From Bifidobacterium longum subsp. longum JCM 1217 (lineage in GTDB: Bacteria > Actinomycetota > Actinomycetes > Actinomycetales > Bifidobacteriaceae), in assembly GCF_000196555.1 (NCBI RefSeq), contig NC_015067.1, positions 1,290,001 through 1,322,000 of the forward strand: DNA of 32,000 nt. The letters are read 5' to 3'. Below, in pieces: positions 19,618-30,121 of the stretch. The position numbers and the translations under genes are program-made. Below the pieces are notes generated by a model. The model was not told the origin of the DNA, made no database searches, and saw only the letters and a list, made by a program, of their open reading frames with translations. Position 1 is the stretch's first letter. Each line of letters starts with the position of its first letter.

Positions 19618-20285
19618 CCGCCAGCAACACCACGGATTCCACGGCCTTCGACATCACCGACTGGCTCGGTGAATGGGAAAGCTTCGAGCATTACATTGAT
19701 TCGGATGACGCCGCCATCCAGCAGACCTGGGAAGCCGCCGAGCAGGCGGTGCTCGCCAACCCGAAGATGGCCCCGATGGCCGCGCGCGGCATCAGGACGT
19801 TCTGGTCGATGGCTTGCTCCACCACCAGCCCGGAGAACATCATCCATATCGGCTACTGGCGTGTGAACGAGCCGGCCGCCGAATCCGGCTCCACGGACGA
19901 TGCCGCGCTCGCCATCGAATGGTTCGCCGAGGACGACACCAGCCTCGACACCTACGAATACACCATCGACCATGTCATCGAGCACGGTCTCGAAGGCTCC
20001 CCCACCTTCGTGTTCCACACCACCGATCCGGCCGCCGAAGACAGCCCGTTCCGCTGGCTACTTGCCATCAATCCGCTGCCTTCGCGCAAGGCGTTCGCCG
20101 AGGGCGGGCTGCTCAGCCACCTGCATTTCCAGTACGCCAACGATCTGCACACGCTCGTCGCCACGGATGAGGCCACCGGCGTCGAGACCTTGCGCAATCC
20201 GCGTTGGTACGCCACCATGTGCGCCAACGAGGGAACCGTCGAGGACCGTTGCGCCATCATCCGCGCGTTGCACCACTTGCAGTAG
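19614..20285 (+). CDS. ZinT/YodA-like (lipocalin-fold, metal-binding family) protein with no signal peptide
   Basis: 223 aa; the ATGA overlaps the ATPase stop. ITDWLGEWESFEHY, LSHLHFQY, NPRWYATMC and C-terminal ALHH line up with my memory of E. coli ZinT (LSDWDGVWQSVYP, SSHFHIF, NWPTYYP, MMSH). Needs HMM confirmation. Confidence 0.55.
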   Translation: MTASNTTDSTAFDITDWLGEWESFEHYIDSDDAAIQQTWEAAEQAVLANPKMAPMAARGIRTFWSMACSTTSPENIIHIGYWRVNEPAAESGSTDDAALAIEWFAEDDTSLDTYEYTIDHVIEHGLEGSPTFVFHTTDPAAEDSPFRWLLAINPLPSRKAFAEGGLLSHLHFQYANDLHTLVATDEATGVETLRNPRWYATMCANEGTVEDRCAIIRALHHLQ

Positions 20286-20337
20286 ACCTGGCAACATACG
20301 GCAGTGACGGCTCCCCACTAGTGAAACTAGCATCGCT

Positions 20338-20706
20338 TCAGTAGCCGTGCGAGTGCAGATACTCGTCATCGAAGCCGAAAAAATGGCCGATCTCGTGCAA
20401 CACGGTTTTGCGGATCCGTTGGCGCAGCTCGGCCTGCGTTGAGCATACGCGTTCATGCGGCCCCTTGAACAGGGTGATGACGTCCGGCATCACGCCGCTG
20501 TAGCCCGTAGTTCGCTTCGTGACGGGTATGCCCTCATACAGTCCGAGCAGCTCACCGCACGGATTGCTCATTGTAGCCAGTTCGCGCTCATTGGGTTCGT
20601 CCGCAACGACGATGCCGACATTCTCCAGCACCCGCGCAAACCGTTCAGGCAAATCATCCAACACCTGTTCAATGGCCCGTTCAAACTCATCGTCACTGAT
20701 GTGCAT
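20338..20706 (-). CDS. Small zincin-like metallopeptidase family protein (DUF1025/Zincin_1-like)
   Basis: HEIGHFFG zinc-binding motif near the C-terminus. ATG at 20706 with GGAGAG upstream. The tracked ORF begins at a TTG at 20739. Confidence 0.7.
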   Translation of the reverse strand: MHISDDEFERAIEQVLDDLPERFARVLENVGIVVADEPNERELATMSNPCGELLGLYEGIPVTKRTTGYSGVMPDVITLFKGPHERVCSTQAELRQRIRKTVLHEIGHFFGFDDEYLHSHGY

Positions 20707-20776
20707 TCGCTCTCCACACGCGAAATGCCTTGGCACCAAGTATGTACCAAGGCGCTGAAATCTCAGACTAGCAGGC

Positions 20777-21484
20777 TCAGCTGTTGCGGTTGATCTCGAT
20801 GTCGGTGACGGTGAGGTTGGCCTCGTTGATCAGGTTGAAGAGGATGACTTCGGCCAGCGGGCCGGGCTGCATGAAGGTGTGCTGCTTGGCCTCGGAGACG
20901 TAGTCGCGACTGTCACGGTAGAAAGCGGTATCAATGCCGCCCGGATAGACGGCGACCACCTTGACACTGGTGCCCTTGTATGCGGCCTGCAGGCTCTTGG
21001 TGTAGCCTTTCTCACCCCACTTGGTGGCGCAGTACACGCTTTCGTTCGCGTTGCCGCGTGTGGCGGCGGTGCTCATAATCTGGGCGATTTTCACGTTCTG
21101 CTCGCCGCAGGCCTTGAGGGTTTCCACCGTCCACAGAATCATGCCTTTGAGTCCCTTGAGACATTTGTCGACGTCGGCGGCCTCGTAGGCGGTGGGCACC
21201 TTGAACGAAGGCTGGCCGGCGTTGTTGATGAGCAAATCGATGTGGCCGAGCGTGGCGATATCCGCCACGGATTCCTTCACGAACGCTTCGTCGGTGATGT
21301 CGCCGACGTAGGCGCGGTAGGAGTCATCGGGCCACTGCGCGGTCAGTTCGGCCTGACGTTCGGCATTGAAGTCGACACCGGCCACCAGCCAGCCGTTGGC
21401 GATGAGCTGGCTGGCGAGCTCGTAGCCCAAGCCCAGCGCGCTGCCGGTGACGATGGCGATTTTCTTACCTGTTGTGGTTGGCAT
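20777..21484 (-). CDS. Short-chain dehydrogenase/reductase (SDR) family oxidoreductase
   Basis: IAIVTGSALGLG (TGxxxGxG), NNAG and YCATKWG (YxxxK) motifs. GGAGAGG lies 7 nt upstream of the ATG. Confidence 0.9.
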   Translation of the reverse strand: MPTTTGKKIAIVTGSALGLGYELASQLIANGWLVAGVDFNAERQAELTAQWPDDSYRAYVGDITDEAFVKESVADIATLGHIDLLINNAGQPSFKVPTAYEAADVDKCLKGLKGMILWTVETLKACGEQNVKIAQIMSTAATRGNANESVYCATKWGEKGYTKSLQAAYKGTSVKVVAVYPGGIDTAFYRDSRDYVSEAKQHTFMQPGPLAEVILFNLINEANLTVTDIEINRNS

Positions 21485-21497
21485 GGCAGACCTCTCC

Positions 21498-21527
21498 TAC
21501 TACTATTCTTCGGCTACGAGTTTACTA

Positions 21528-21547
<20 letters not shown>
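21498..21547. repeat. Tandem 25-bp direct duplication (2 copies, 1 mismatch) spanning the ABC-F stop codon
   Basis: Copy 1, 21498-21522: tactactattcttcggctacgagtt. Copy 2, 21523-21547: tactactattcttcagctacgagtt. Copy 2 encodes the last ABC-F codons (ELVAEE) plus the stop. Confidence 0.85.
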
Positions 21548-23129
<1,582 letters not shown>

Positions 23130-23224
23130 GAATAACCTACTTGCCTGTTACGAATACTGTCTCTTACCAAAGTCCGACTGTCCATCATAGCGAACACCAT
23201 GCCGACCGGGCTCAGCCGACGCTC

Positions 23225-23380
23225 ATGCGTCCATACGCAGCCGCGCAACTGATCGGCAAGGTGAAGAATGCGACGCCCGGTATGGTGATCGCGACCATGG
23301 CGCACGGTATCGAAGCTGCCATCGAAGCCGCTGTGAGCACCGAAACCGACGCCACCGACATCATGGGCGAAACCCACTAA
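23225..23380 (+). CDS. Possible small protein (51 aa from ATG 23225; tracked ORF from TTG 23141 gives 79 aa), unknown function
   Basis: Third-position GC is about 74% by hand count over the last 50 codons, which is coding-like. It ends 10 nt before a strong hairpin. No convincing RBS and no recognisable family. Confidence 0.25.
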   Translation: MRPYAAAQLIGKVKNATPGMVIATMAHGIEAAIEAAVSTETDATDIMGETH

Positions 23381-23390
23381 CGTACAGACA

Positions 23391-23431
23391 GCGATGCCCC
23401 CGCCGACAACTTCTGTCAGCGGGGGCATCGC
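23391..23431. terminator. Strong hairpin, likely a bidirectional terminator (trpE on the minus strand, small ORF on the plus strand)
   Basis: Perfect 13-bp GC-rich stem gcgatgcccccgc / gcgggggcatcgc plus 4 further inner pairs. It lies 13 nt after the trpE stop (23445-23447). U-tails are moderate on both strands. Confidence 0.6.
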
Positions 23432-23444
23432 TATGCGTTGAACG

Positions 23445-25001
23445 TTACAGTTCGCGCAACTGGGCGGCGATCTGGATGGATTCGACGCTGGCCTCGGCCT
23501 TGTTGCGCGTCTCCTGCCATTCGGTGGCGGGCACGGAGTCGAGCACAATGCCGGCACCGGCCTGCACGCTCGCCTCATGGTCGCGCAGGAACGCGGTGCG
23601 GATGGCGATGGCCATGTCCATGTTGCCGGAGAAATCGAAGTAGCCGACGGTGCCGCCGTAGATGCCGCGGTCGGCCGGTTCCAACTCGTCGATGATTTCG
23701 ACTGCGCGCGGCTTAGGCGCGCCAGACAGCGTGCCGGCCGGGAACGCGGACTTGAACACATCGAATGCGGTCAGCGAGGGGTCGACCTTGCCGGTGACCG
23801 TCGAGCAGATGTGCATGATGTGGCTGAAACGCTTGATGTCCATGAGCTGCACGACTTCCACGGACTGCGGCACGCACACCTTACTCAGGTCGTTGCGAGA
23901 CAGGTCGACGAGCATGATGTGCTCGCTGCATTCCTTCGGATCGGCAAGCAGCTCCTTGGCGAATTTCTCGTCTTCCTCAGGGGTGGCGCCGCGAGGGCGG
24001 GATCCAGCAATCGGGAAGGTCATCGCGTGGCCGTTGTCCACCTTGATGAGGGTTTCCGGGCTGGAGCCGATCACGTTGAAGTCGCGGCCCTGAGCGTCGG
24101 TCAACGCCATGAAATACATGTACGGGCTCGGGTTCAGCGTGCGCAACACACGGTACACGTCGAACGGGTCAGCAGGCGAATCGATGTCGAGGCGCTGGGA
24201 GATGACCACCTGGAACACGTCGCCGTCGACGATGTACTGCTTGGCTCGTTCGACGGCCTGCTCGTAGTGGCTCTTCTCGGTGCGGAAGCGCAGCTCGGGT
24301 TGGGCGACCGTTTCGTCCAGGATGTTGACGCGAGACTCGTCCGGAGCCGGGGTGGCGGCATCGCGCTGCATCTGGTCGAGTCGAGCGACGGCCTCGTTGT
24401 AGGCAGCGTCGGCGCGAGTGGATTTATCATCCACATTCACCGCATTGGCGATGAGCCATACCGAACCGGATACGTGGTCGACCACGGCGATATCGGTGGC
24501 CAGGGCAAGCACGGTCTCAGGCTGGCCGGTCTCGTCCGGAGCTTCGGCGCGCAGGGTCGGTTCCCAGTGGCGGATGGCATCCCAGCCGACCGTGCCGACC
24601 AGACCGCTGGTCAGGTTCGGCAGGCCTTCCACATGCGGGGCCTTCAGAGTCTTCAACGTGGCGTGAGCGACTTCGACTACGTCACCGGTGACGGGCACGC
24701 CGACCGGGACCTTGCCCAGCCAGTCGGCCTGACCGTTGTTGGAGCGCAGCTGGGCCATCGAGTTGACGCCGATAAAACTGTAACGGCTCCACGTGCCGCC
24801 GTATTCCGCCGATTCGAGGATGAAGGTGCCGGATCGGCCGCCGGCGAGACGCTCGTAGAAGCCGACCGGGGTGAGCGAGTCGGCGAGCAGACGGCGCACA
24901 ATCGGAATCACACGGTATCCGGCGTCGGCCAGTTCGTGGAACTGTTCGCGACTGGGCCAGGTGGCGCCCCACTTCAGGTGTTTGACGCTGCATTCGCTCA
25001 T
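23445..25001 (-). CDS. trpE: Anthranilate synthase component I
   Basis: 518 aa from the ATG at 25001 (AAGGAG upstream). C-terminal chorismate-binding motifs FPAGTLSGAPKPRAVEIIDELE and RGIYGGTVGYFDF. The upstream 70 codons of the tracked ORF are R/P-rich and cross the intergenic region. Confidence 0.9.
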   Translation of the reverse strand: MSECSVKHLKWGATWPSREQFHELADAGYRVIPIVRRLLADSLTPVGFYERLAGGRSGTFILESAEYGGTWSRYSFIGVNSMAQLRSNNGQADWLGKVPVGVPVTGDVVEVAHATLKTLKAPHVEGLPNLTSGLVGTVGWDAIRHWEPTLRAEAPDETGQPETVLALATDIAVVDHVSGSVWLIANAVNVDDKSTRADAAYNEAVARLDQMQRDAATPAPDESRVNILDETVAQPELRFRTEKSHYEQAVERAKQYIVDGDVFQVVISQRLDIDSPADPFDVYRVLRTLNPSPYMYFMALTDAQGRDFNVIGSSPETLIKVDNGHAMTFPIAGSRPRGATPEEDEKFAKELLADPKECSEHIMLVDLSRNDLSKVCVPQSVEVVQLMDIKRFSHIMHICSTVTGKVDPSLTAFDVFKSAFPAGTLSGAPKPRAVEIIDELEPADRGIYGGTVGYFDFSGNMDMAIAIRTAFLRDHEASVQAGAGIVLDSVPATEWQETRNKAEASVESIQIAAQLREL

Positions 25002-25081
25002 ATTCGCTCCTTTGCTTACAACTCGATGTCTTGTTTCATAGTACGCGGTCGCTCGGCTTCCCCCAGTCAGGAAAGCCCGTT

Positions 25082-25501
25082 CTACTGCTCGGCCGGGCGA
25101 TGGCCTTCGACCACGGGCAGGGGGCCGCCTTCGAGGAAGCAGCTGCGCTTGCCGGTGTGGCAGGCGGCACCGACTTGGTCGACTTCGACGAGCAGTGCGT
25201 CGCCGTCGCAATCCAGGGACACGCCCTTGACGTATTGCACATGGCCGGAGGTATCACCCTTGCGCCAGTATTCCTGACGGGACCGGGACCAGAAGGTCAC
25301 GCGGCCGGTGGTCAGCGTACGGCGTAATGCCTCGTCGTTCATGTAGCCGACCATCAGCACCTCGCGTGTGTCGTACTGCTGGATGACGGCGGCGACCAGC
25401 CCCTTGGCATCACGCTTCAGGCGTGCGGCAATACGGGGATCGAGTTCAGTGGAATTGTCGTATGTAGTGTCTGTCATACCTATCTTCTTTTTGTGGACCA
25501 C
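25082..25501 (-). CDS. hisI: Phosphoribosyl-AMP cyclohydrolase
   Basis: [20 protein letters not shown] and [27 protein letters not shown] motifs. GTG start at 25501, with ATG 25477 as an alternative. Confidence 0.9.
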   Translation of the reverse strand: MVHKKKIGMTDTTYDNSTELDPRIAARLKRDAKGLVAAVIQQYDTREVLMVGYMNDEALRRTLTTGRVTFWSRSRQEYWRKGDTSGHVQYVKGVSLDCDGDALLVEVDQVGAACHTGKRSCFLEGGPLPVVEGHRPAEQ

Positions 25502-25610
25502 CCTCAGTCAGCTTCGCTGACAGCTCCCGGATTATGTGCGACGTGCGCATAGCGCATTGCCACGAACAATTCACTGGATTGTTCGCCCAGCGGGAGCAAG
25601 GTGTATTCGT

Positions 25611-26381
25611 TTAGCGAACGGTGTAGCCGTGCTTCTTGAGTTCCGCCTTGACATCGGCGATAGTCAGGATGCCGTAATGGAACACGGATGCAGCCAGCAC
25701 CGCGTCGGCACCTGCTTCGATGGCGGGCGGGAAGTCCTCGACCTTGCCGGCACCGCCGGAGGCGATGATCGGAATCTTGACTTCCTTGCGCACGGCGCGA
25801 ATCATCTCGAGGTCAAAGCCTTCCTTGGTGCCGTCGGCGTCCATCGAGTTAAGCAGAATCTCGCCGGCGCCAAGCTGCTCGGCGCGCTTGACCCACCAGA
25901 TGGCATCAATACCGGTGGATTTGCGGCCACCCATCGTGGTGACCTCAAAACCGGACTGCGTATGCTGCTCACCCTTTTCGCGGCGGGCATCCACGGAGAG
26001 CACCAGCACCTGGTTGCCGAAACGATCGGCCACACGGCTGATAAGCGACGGGTCGTTGATGGCCGCCGTGTTGACACCGACCTTGTCTGCACCGCAGCGC
26101 AGCAGTGAGTCGACGTCCTCGGGCGTGCGTACGCCGCCGCCCACAGTCATTGGGATGAACACCTGTTCGGCGGTGCGGGAGACCACGTCAATCATCGTGT
26201 TGCGGTGGGAGCTGGATGCGGTCACATCCAGGAAGGTGATCTCGTCGGCTCCCTGACGGTAGTATTCGGCCGCCAGCTCCACCGGGTCACCCGCGTCCTT
26301 GAGGTTATCGAAATGCACACCCTTCACCACGCGACCGGCGTCAACGTCCAGGCACGGGATGACTCGTACCGCCAACGACAT
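25611..26381 (-). CDS. hisF: Imidazole glycerol phosphate synthase cyclase subunit
   Basis: [18 protein letters not shown], and later SGGAG followed by AASVFH, are typical of HisF. Confidence 0.95.
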   Translation of the reverse strand: MSLAVRVIPCLDVDAGRVVKGVHFDNLKDAGDPVELAAEYYRQGADEITFLDVTASSSHRNTMIDVVSRTAEQVFIPMTVGGGVRTPEDVDSLLRCGADKVGVNTAAINDPSLISRVADRFGNQVLVLSVDARREKGEQHTQSGFEVTTMGGRKSTGIDAIWWVKRAEQLGAGEILLNSMDADGTKEGFDLEMIRAVRKEVKIPIIASGGAGKVEDFPPAIEAGADAVLAASVFHYGILTIADVKAELKKHGYTVR

Positions 26382-26555
26382 GCTTCACTCCCCTGTTCGG
26401 CTTTGCATTACAGTCCTTCAGACTACCTACCGCCCGTTACATGCGCCGCACCTGTTTCTGGAATATGAGAATCATCATATTGAGCACCGACATGGCAGCC
26501 GCTCGGCGTGAGAGAATGGCTCGTGGAAGTTGTCCGCCGAATCAAGGAGATTGGC

Positions 26556-27104
26556 ATGGCTGTCGAAAACAGCAAGGTACTGATCATCGTCAACAACTGG
26601 GGTATCGAGGAGACCGAGCTGACGCGCCCGCTGCGCGATCTCAAGGCCGCCGGCGCCAAGGTGACGCTTGCCGCCACTACCTTGGACCCGTGTGAGACGG
26701 TGCAGCACGACCGCTACGAAGGTGAAACGCTGACCCCGGACGCGCGCCTGTCCGACGTGCAGGCTGCCGACTACGACCTGCTGGTGGTGCCCGGCGGCAC
26801 CTGCAATGTGGATCGTATCCGCGTCAATGAGGATGCGATCACGCTGGCGCAGGAGTTCGCGCACGAAGGTAAGCCGATCGCCGCGATCTGCCATGGCGCG
26901 TGGCTGCTGGTCAACGCGGGTCTGGTGGCTGGCAAGACCGCCGCGCCCTGCCGCTATATCGCCGCTGATATCGAGAACGCGGGCGGCCATTACGTCGACG
27001 AGCAGCTGCACGTGGACGACGCCAACGGCTTCAAGCTCATCACGTCCCGCAAGCCCGACGATCTGGACTACTTCGTGGGCGCAATCAAGGATGCGCTGAA
27101 GTAG
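26556..27104 (+). CDS. DJ-1/PfpI family protein (type 1 glutamine amidotransferase-like fold)
   Basis: Nucleophile elbow KPIAAICHGAWLL. ATG at 26556 with AAGGAGA 5 nt upstream. The tracked ORF begins at a GTG at 26508. Confidence 0.85.
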   Translation: MAVENSKVLIIVNNWGIEETELTRPLRDLKAAGAKVTLAATTLDPCETVQHDRYEGETLTPDARLSDVQAADYDLLVVPGGTCNVDRIRVNEDAITLAQEFAHEGKPIAAICHGAWLLVNAGLVAGKTAAPCRYIAADIENAGGHYVDEQLHVDDANGFKLITSRKPDDLDYFVGAIKDALK

Positions 27105-28274
27105 CTACCGCTCCTTGGCAGCGAGCTGGCCGCAGGCGCCGTCAATATCCTGACCGCGGGTGTCACGCAGTGTGGCGGTGATGCCCGCGCGGTGCAGGAT
27201 CTCCAGGAACCGCTGTTCGTCTTCCGGCTTGGAGGCGGTCCACTTCGAGCCCTCGATGGGGTTGAGCGGAATCGGGTTGACGTGGGCCCAGTTGTCGCCG
27301 TAATGGTTAAGCCTCTTGGCCAGCAACTGCGCATGCTCGGCCTGGTCGTTGATGCCGCGCATCAACGCGTATTCGATACTGACGCGGCGCTTGGAGGCCA
27401 GCCAATAATCGTGCGCGGCATCCAACACCTGCTTGGTATTGAAACGCTTGTTCATCGGCACCAGCTCGTCACGCAGTTCGTCGCTGGGGGCATGCAGGGA
27501 AACGGCCAGACGCACGGGAATGCCTTCGGCAGTGAGCTTCTTGATGCCGGGGACCACGCCCACCGTGGATACGGTGATGTTGCGCGCGGAAATGCCGAAG
27601 CCTTCGGGAGGCATGGCGGAAATCTGTCGTACGGCGGACAGCACGGAGTTGTAGTTGCCCATCGGCTCGCCCATGCCCATGAACACGATGTTGCTCAGGC
27701 GGCCCTCTCCCCCGGCCACTTCGCCGTCGCGCATCATCTTGGCGGCCACACGCACCTGTTCGATTATTTCACCGGTGGACATGTTACGGGTCAGGCCAAG
27801 CTTGCCGGTGGCGCAGAACGGGCAGTCCATGCCGCAGCCGACCTGCGAGGAGATGCACAGCGTGGTGCGGGTCGGGTATCGCATAAGCACCGATTCGATG
27901 AGGGAGCCGTCGAACAGCTTCCACAAGGTCTTGATGGTGGTGCCTTCGTCCGCCACTTGGCGGGTCACCTCGGTGATGAGCCGCGGGAAAAACGCGGCGG
28001 CGGCCTCGCTGCGCTTGGCTGCCGGAAAATCAGTGAATTCGGCGGCATTCACATCGAAATGGCCAAAGTAATGGTTGGCGAGCTGCTTGACTCGGAACTT
28101 CGGCAATCCGAGTTCGGCCGCTTTCTCGACGCGCTGCTCGGGCGTCATATCCACAAAGTGCAGCGGCGGCTTACCACGGCGGGCATGGTCCTTGGATAGC
28201 ACGTCACGGAAGGCACCTGATGTGCCGCCGGGAGTAATGCCGGTTTCCGGAGTGTCAGGATGCTGTGTGGTCAT
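27105..28274 (-). CDS. rlmN: 23S rRNA/tRNA (adenine-C2)-methyltransferase, radical SAM
   Basis: Radical-SAM cluster motif ISSQVGCGMDCPFCATG. GMGEP and C-terminal DIDGACGQL motifs are typical of RlmN. Confidence 0.92.
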   Translation of the reverse strand: MTTQHPDTPETGITPGGTSGAFRDVLSKDHARRGKPPLHFVDMTPEQRVEKAAELGLPKFRVKQLANHYFGHFDVNAAEFTDFPAAKRSEAAAAFFPRLITEVTRQVADEGTTIKTLWKLFDGSLIESVLMRYPTRTTLCISSQVGCGMDCPFCATGKLGLTRNMSTGEIIEQVRVAAKMMRDGEVAGGEGRLSNIVFMGMGEPMGNYNSVLSAVRQISAMPPEGFGISARNITVSTVGVVPGIKKLTAEGIPVRLAVSLHAPSDELRDELVPMNKRFNTKQVLDAAHDYWLASKRRVSIEYALMRGINDQAEHAQLLAKRLNHYGDNWAHVNPIPLNPIEGSKWTASKPEDEQRFLEILHRAGITATLRDTRGQDIDGACGQLAAKER

Positions 28275-28428
28275 GATGGGTTCGCTTCGCTCTCAATATC
28301 AGAAAATAGTCAAACATGCAATAGTAATATCAGAATCCACCATACGGCGTGCCGCATACGAATCAGATGGCCCATGTCTTAGCCCATAGCGAACGCATAT
28401 TGAACGATGATTTCCCCATATATGGCAT

Positions 28429-28459
28429 GTGGCACCGTGCGATATACACACGATGCCAC
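28429..28459 (-). terminator. Hairpin downstream of cdsA (candidate terminator)
   Basis: gtggca-c-cgtg ... cacg-a-tgccac: 10 bp with one internal mismatch. It lies 26 nt after the cdsA stop and has no clear U-tail. Confidence 0.3.
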
Positions 28460-28484
28460 ATTGTTCATGCACGAGACATGCGAA

Positions 28485-29471
28485 TCACAGTCCGGTGATC
28501 CACAGCAAGGCGCAGGTGAACGGTGCACTCATCAAAATGGAATCCACACGATCCATCACACCGCCGTGCCCCTTGAGCAGATGGCCCATGTCTTTGATAC
28601 CGATATCGCGCTTGAGCATGGAAGCACACAAATCACCGAACGTGCCCACGGCACCGATGAGAATACCCGCCACGATCGGCACCCACCAACGAGTGGCCCA
28701 TTTCGAGGCATCATACGTGCATGCGAATACGGCAAATGCGCCAGCCATGGCGAAGAGCATCGAGCCGACAAGGCCCTCAACGGACTTCTTCGGCGAGATG
28801 CGCGGGCTGAGCTTGTGTTTGCCGAGCCAGGCACCGGCAAACAAACCGCCCGTATCGGATAGGGCGGGTAGGAACACCAGCATGATGGCGTGTGCAATCG
28901 GATGCCCATTAAAAGTCAGTGAGATGATGACGCAGCTGGCCAACAACGGAATATACAACACGGTAAGCACGGACACAGCCACATGGCTGAGCCGGGAATG
29001 ATGCTGTTCCCCGCCCTCATGATTAAACGAGGATTCGAGGCGCGCGCTGGCATCCGTGTTGGACAGTTTGCCGGCAACCGCCAGAGATAGGCGGTTGCCG
29101 ACGCTGATTTTTGCGCTGGCCGCGATGGCGACCAGAATAATCGACACGATGATACTCAGCGACATCGTGATGAGATGGTACGGGGAATAGTAGGTGGCAA
29201 TGAGGGTGAAGGACGAGCACAGCCACAGCATAAACACCGGGAGGTGCAGGCCCACGGTGGCGAAGTCCACCCTGAGCTCCCACAGCGCCAGAATCATGAA
29301 CACGACTACCAGCAGCACGAAGAGGTCGACGCTGAGCAGCAGGCACGCGACAATAAGGATGACCAGTGCCGCGCCTGTGGCGATGGCCTGCGGCATGTTG
29401 CGGCCGGTCTTCTTGTTGATCTGGTCGAGCGTCTCCTCGGCCTCTTCATGGGGTTGTTCGTTGCGTTCCAT
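28485..29471 (-). CDS. cdsA: Phosphatidate cytidylyltransferase (CDP-diglyceride synthase)
   Basis: Signature SMLKRDIGIKDMGHLLKGHGGVMDRVDS in a multi-TM protein. ATG at 29471 (MERNEQ) with GGAGAA upstream. The tracked ORF extension overlaps the frr 3' end. Confidence 0.87.
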   Translation of the reverse strand: MERNEQPHEEAEETLDQINKKTGRNMPQAIATGAALVILIVACLLLSVDLFVLLVVVFMILALWELRVDFATVGLHLPVFMLWLCSSFTLIATYYSPYHLITMSLSIIVSIILVAIAASAKISVGNRLSLAVAGKLSNTDASARLESSFNHEGGEQHHSRLSHVAVSVLTVLYIPLLASCVIISLTFNGHPIAHAIMLVFLPALSDTGGLFAGAWLGKHKLSPRISPKKSVEGLVGSMLFAMAGAFAVFACTYDASKWATRWWVPIVAGILIGAVGTFGDLCASMLKRDIGIKDMGHLLKGHGGVMDRVDSILMSAPFTCALLWITGL

Positions 29472-29493
29472 AATTCTCCGGACCTGGTCTGAA

Positions 29494-30045
29494 TCAGACC
29501 TCCATGATCTCCTTCTGCTTGGTCTCCAGCAGAGTATCGATCTCGTCGGTAACGGACTTGGTGACCTTGTCAAGATCCTTCAGCAGGCGATCGCCTTCGT
29601 CCTCACCCATCTCGCCGTCCTTGACGGCCTTGTCGATGGTTTCCTTGGTCTTACGGCGAATGTTGCGCACGGCGACCTTGCCATCCTCGGCCTTGCCCTT
29701 GGCGAGCTTGACGTATTCCTTACGACGATCCTCGGTGAGTTCCGGCATGGTCAGACGGATGACGTTGCCATCACGGTTCGGGCTGATGCCGAGGTCGGAG
29801 TTGCGCAGGGCCTTTTCGACGGCACCGGCCTGGGAAGCGTCAAACGGGGTGACGGACAGGGTGCGCGGTTCGGGAACGCCGATGGAGGCGACGGCCTTAA
29901 TCGGGGTGGGGGCACCATAGTAGTCCACGGTGATGCCGTTGAGCAGGGCCGGGTTTGCGCGACCGGTGCGGATGCCGGAGAAGTTTTCCTTGGTGTTTTC
30001 CACGGTCTTGGCCATCTGTTCCTTGGCCTGGTCGATAAGAGACAT
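29494..30045 (-). CDS. frr: Ribosome recycling factor
   Basis: 183 aa from the ATG at 30045 (AAGGAG upstream). MSLIDQAKEQM...IRTGRANPALL...VDYYG is typical of Frr. pyrH-frr-cdsA synteny. Confidence 0.95.
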   Translation of the reverse strand: MSLIDQAKEQMAKTVENTKENFSGIRTGRANPALLNGITVDYYGAPTPIKAVASIGVPEPRTLSVTPFDASQAGAVEKALRNSDLGISPNRDGNVIRLTMPELTEDRRKEYVKLAKGKAEDGKVAVRNIRRKTKETIDKAVKDGEMGEDEGDRLLKDLDKVTKSVTDEIDTLLETKQKEIMEV

Positions 30046-30121
30046 ATTCACTCCTTGTGTGTTGGTGTTCGTCAGTGTTGTTCGTCTATGAACGCTTGAT
30101 TCGATTGTGGGCGTTTGCGGC

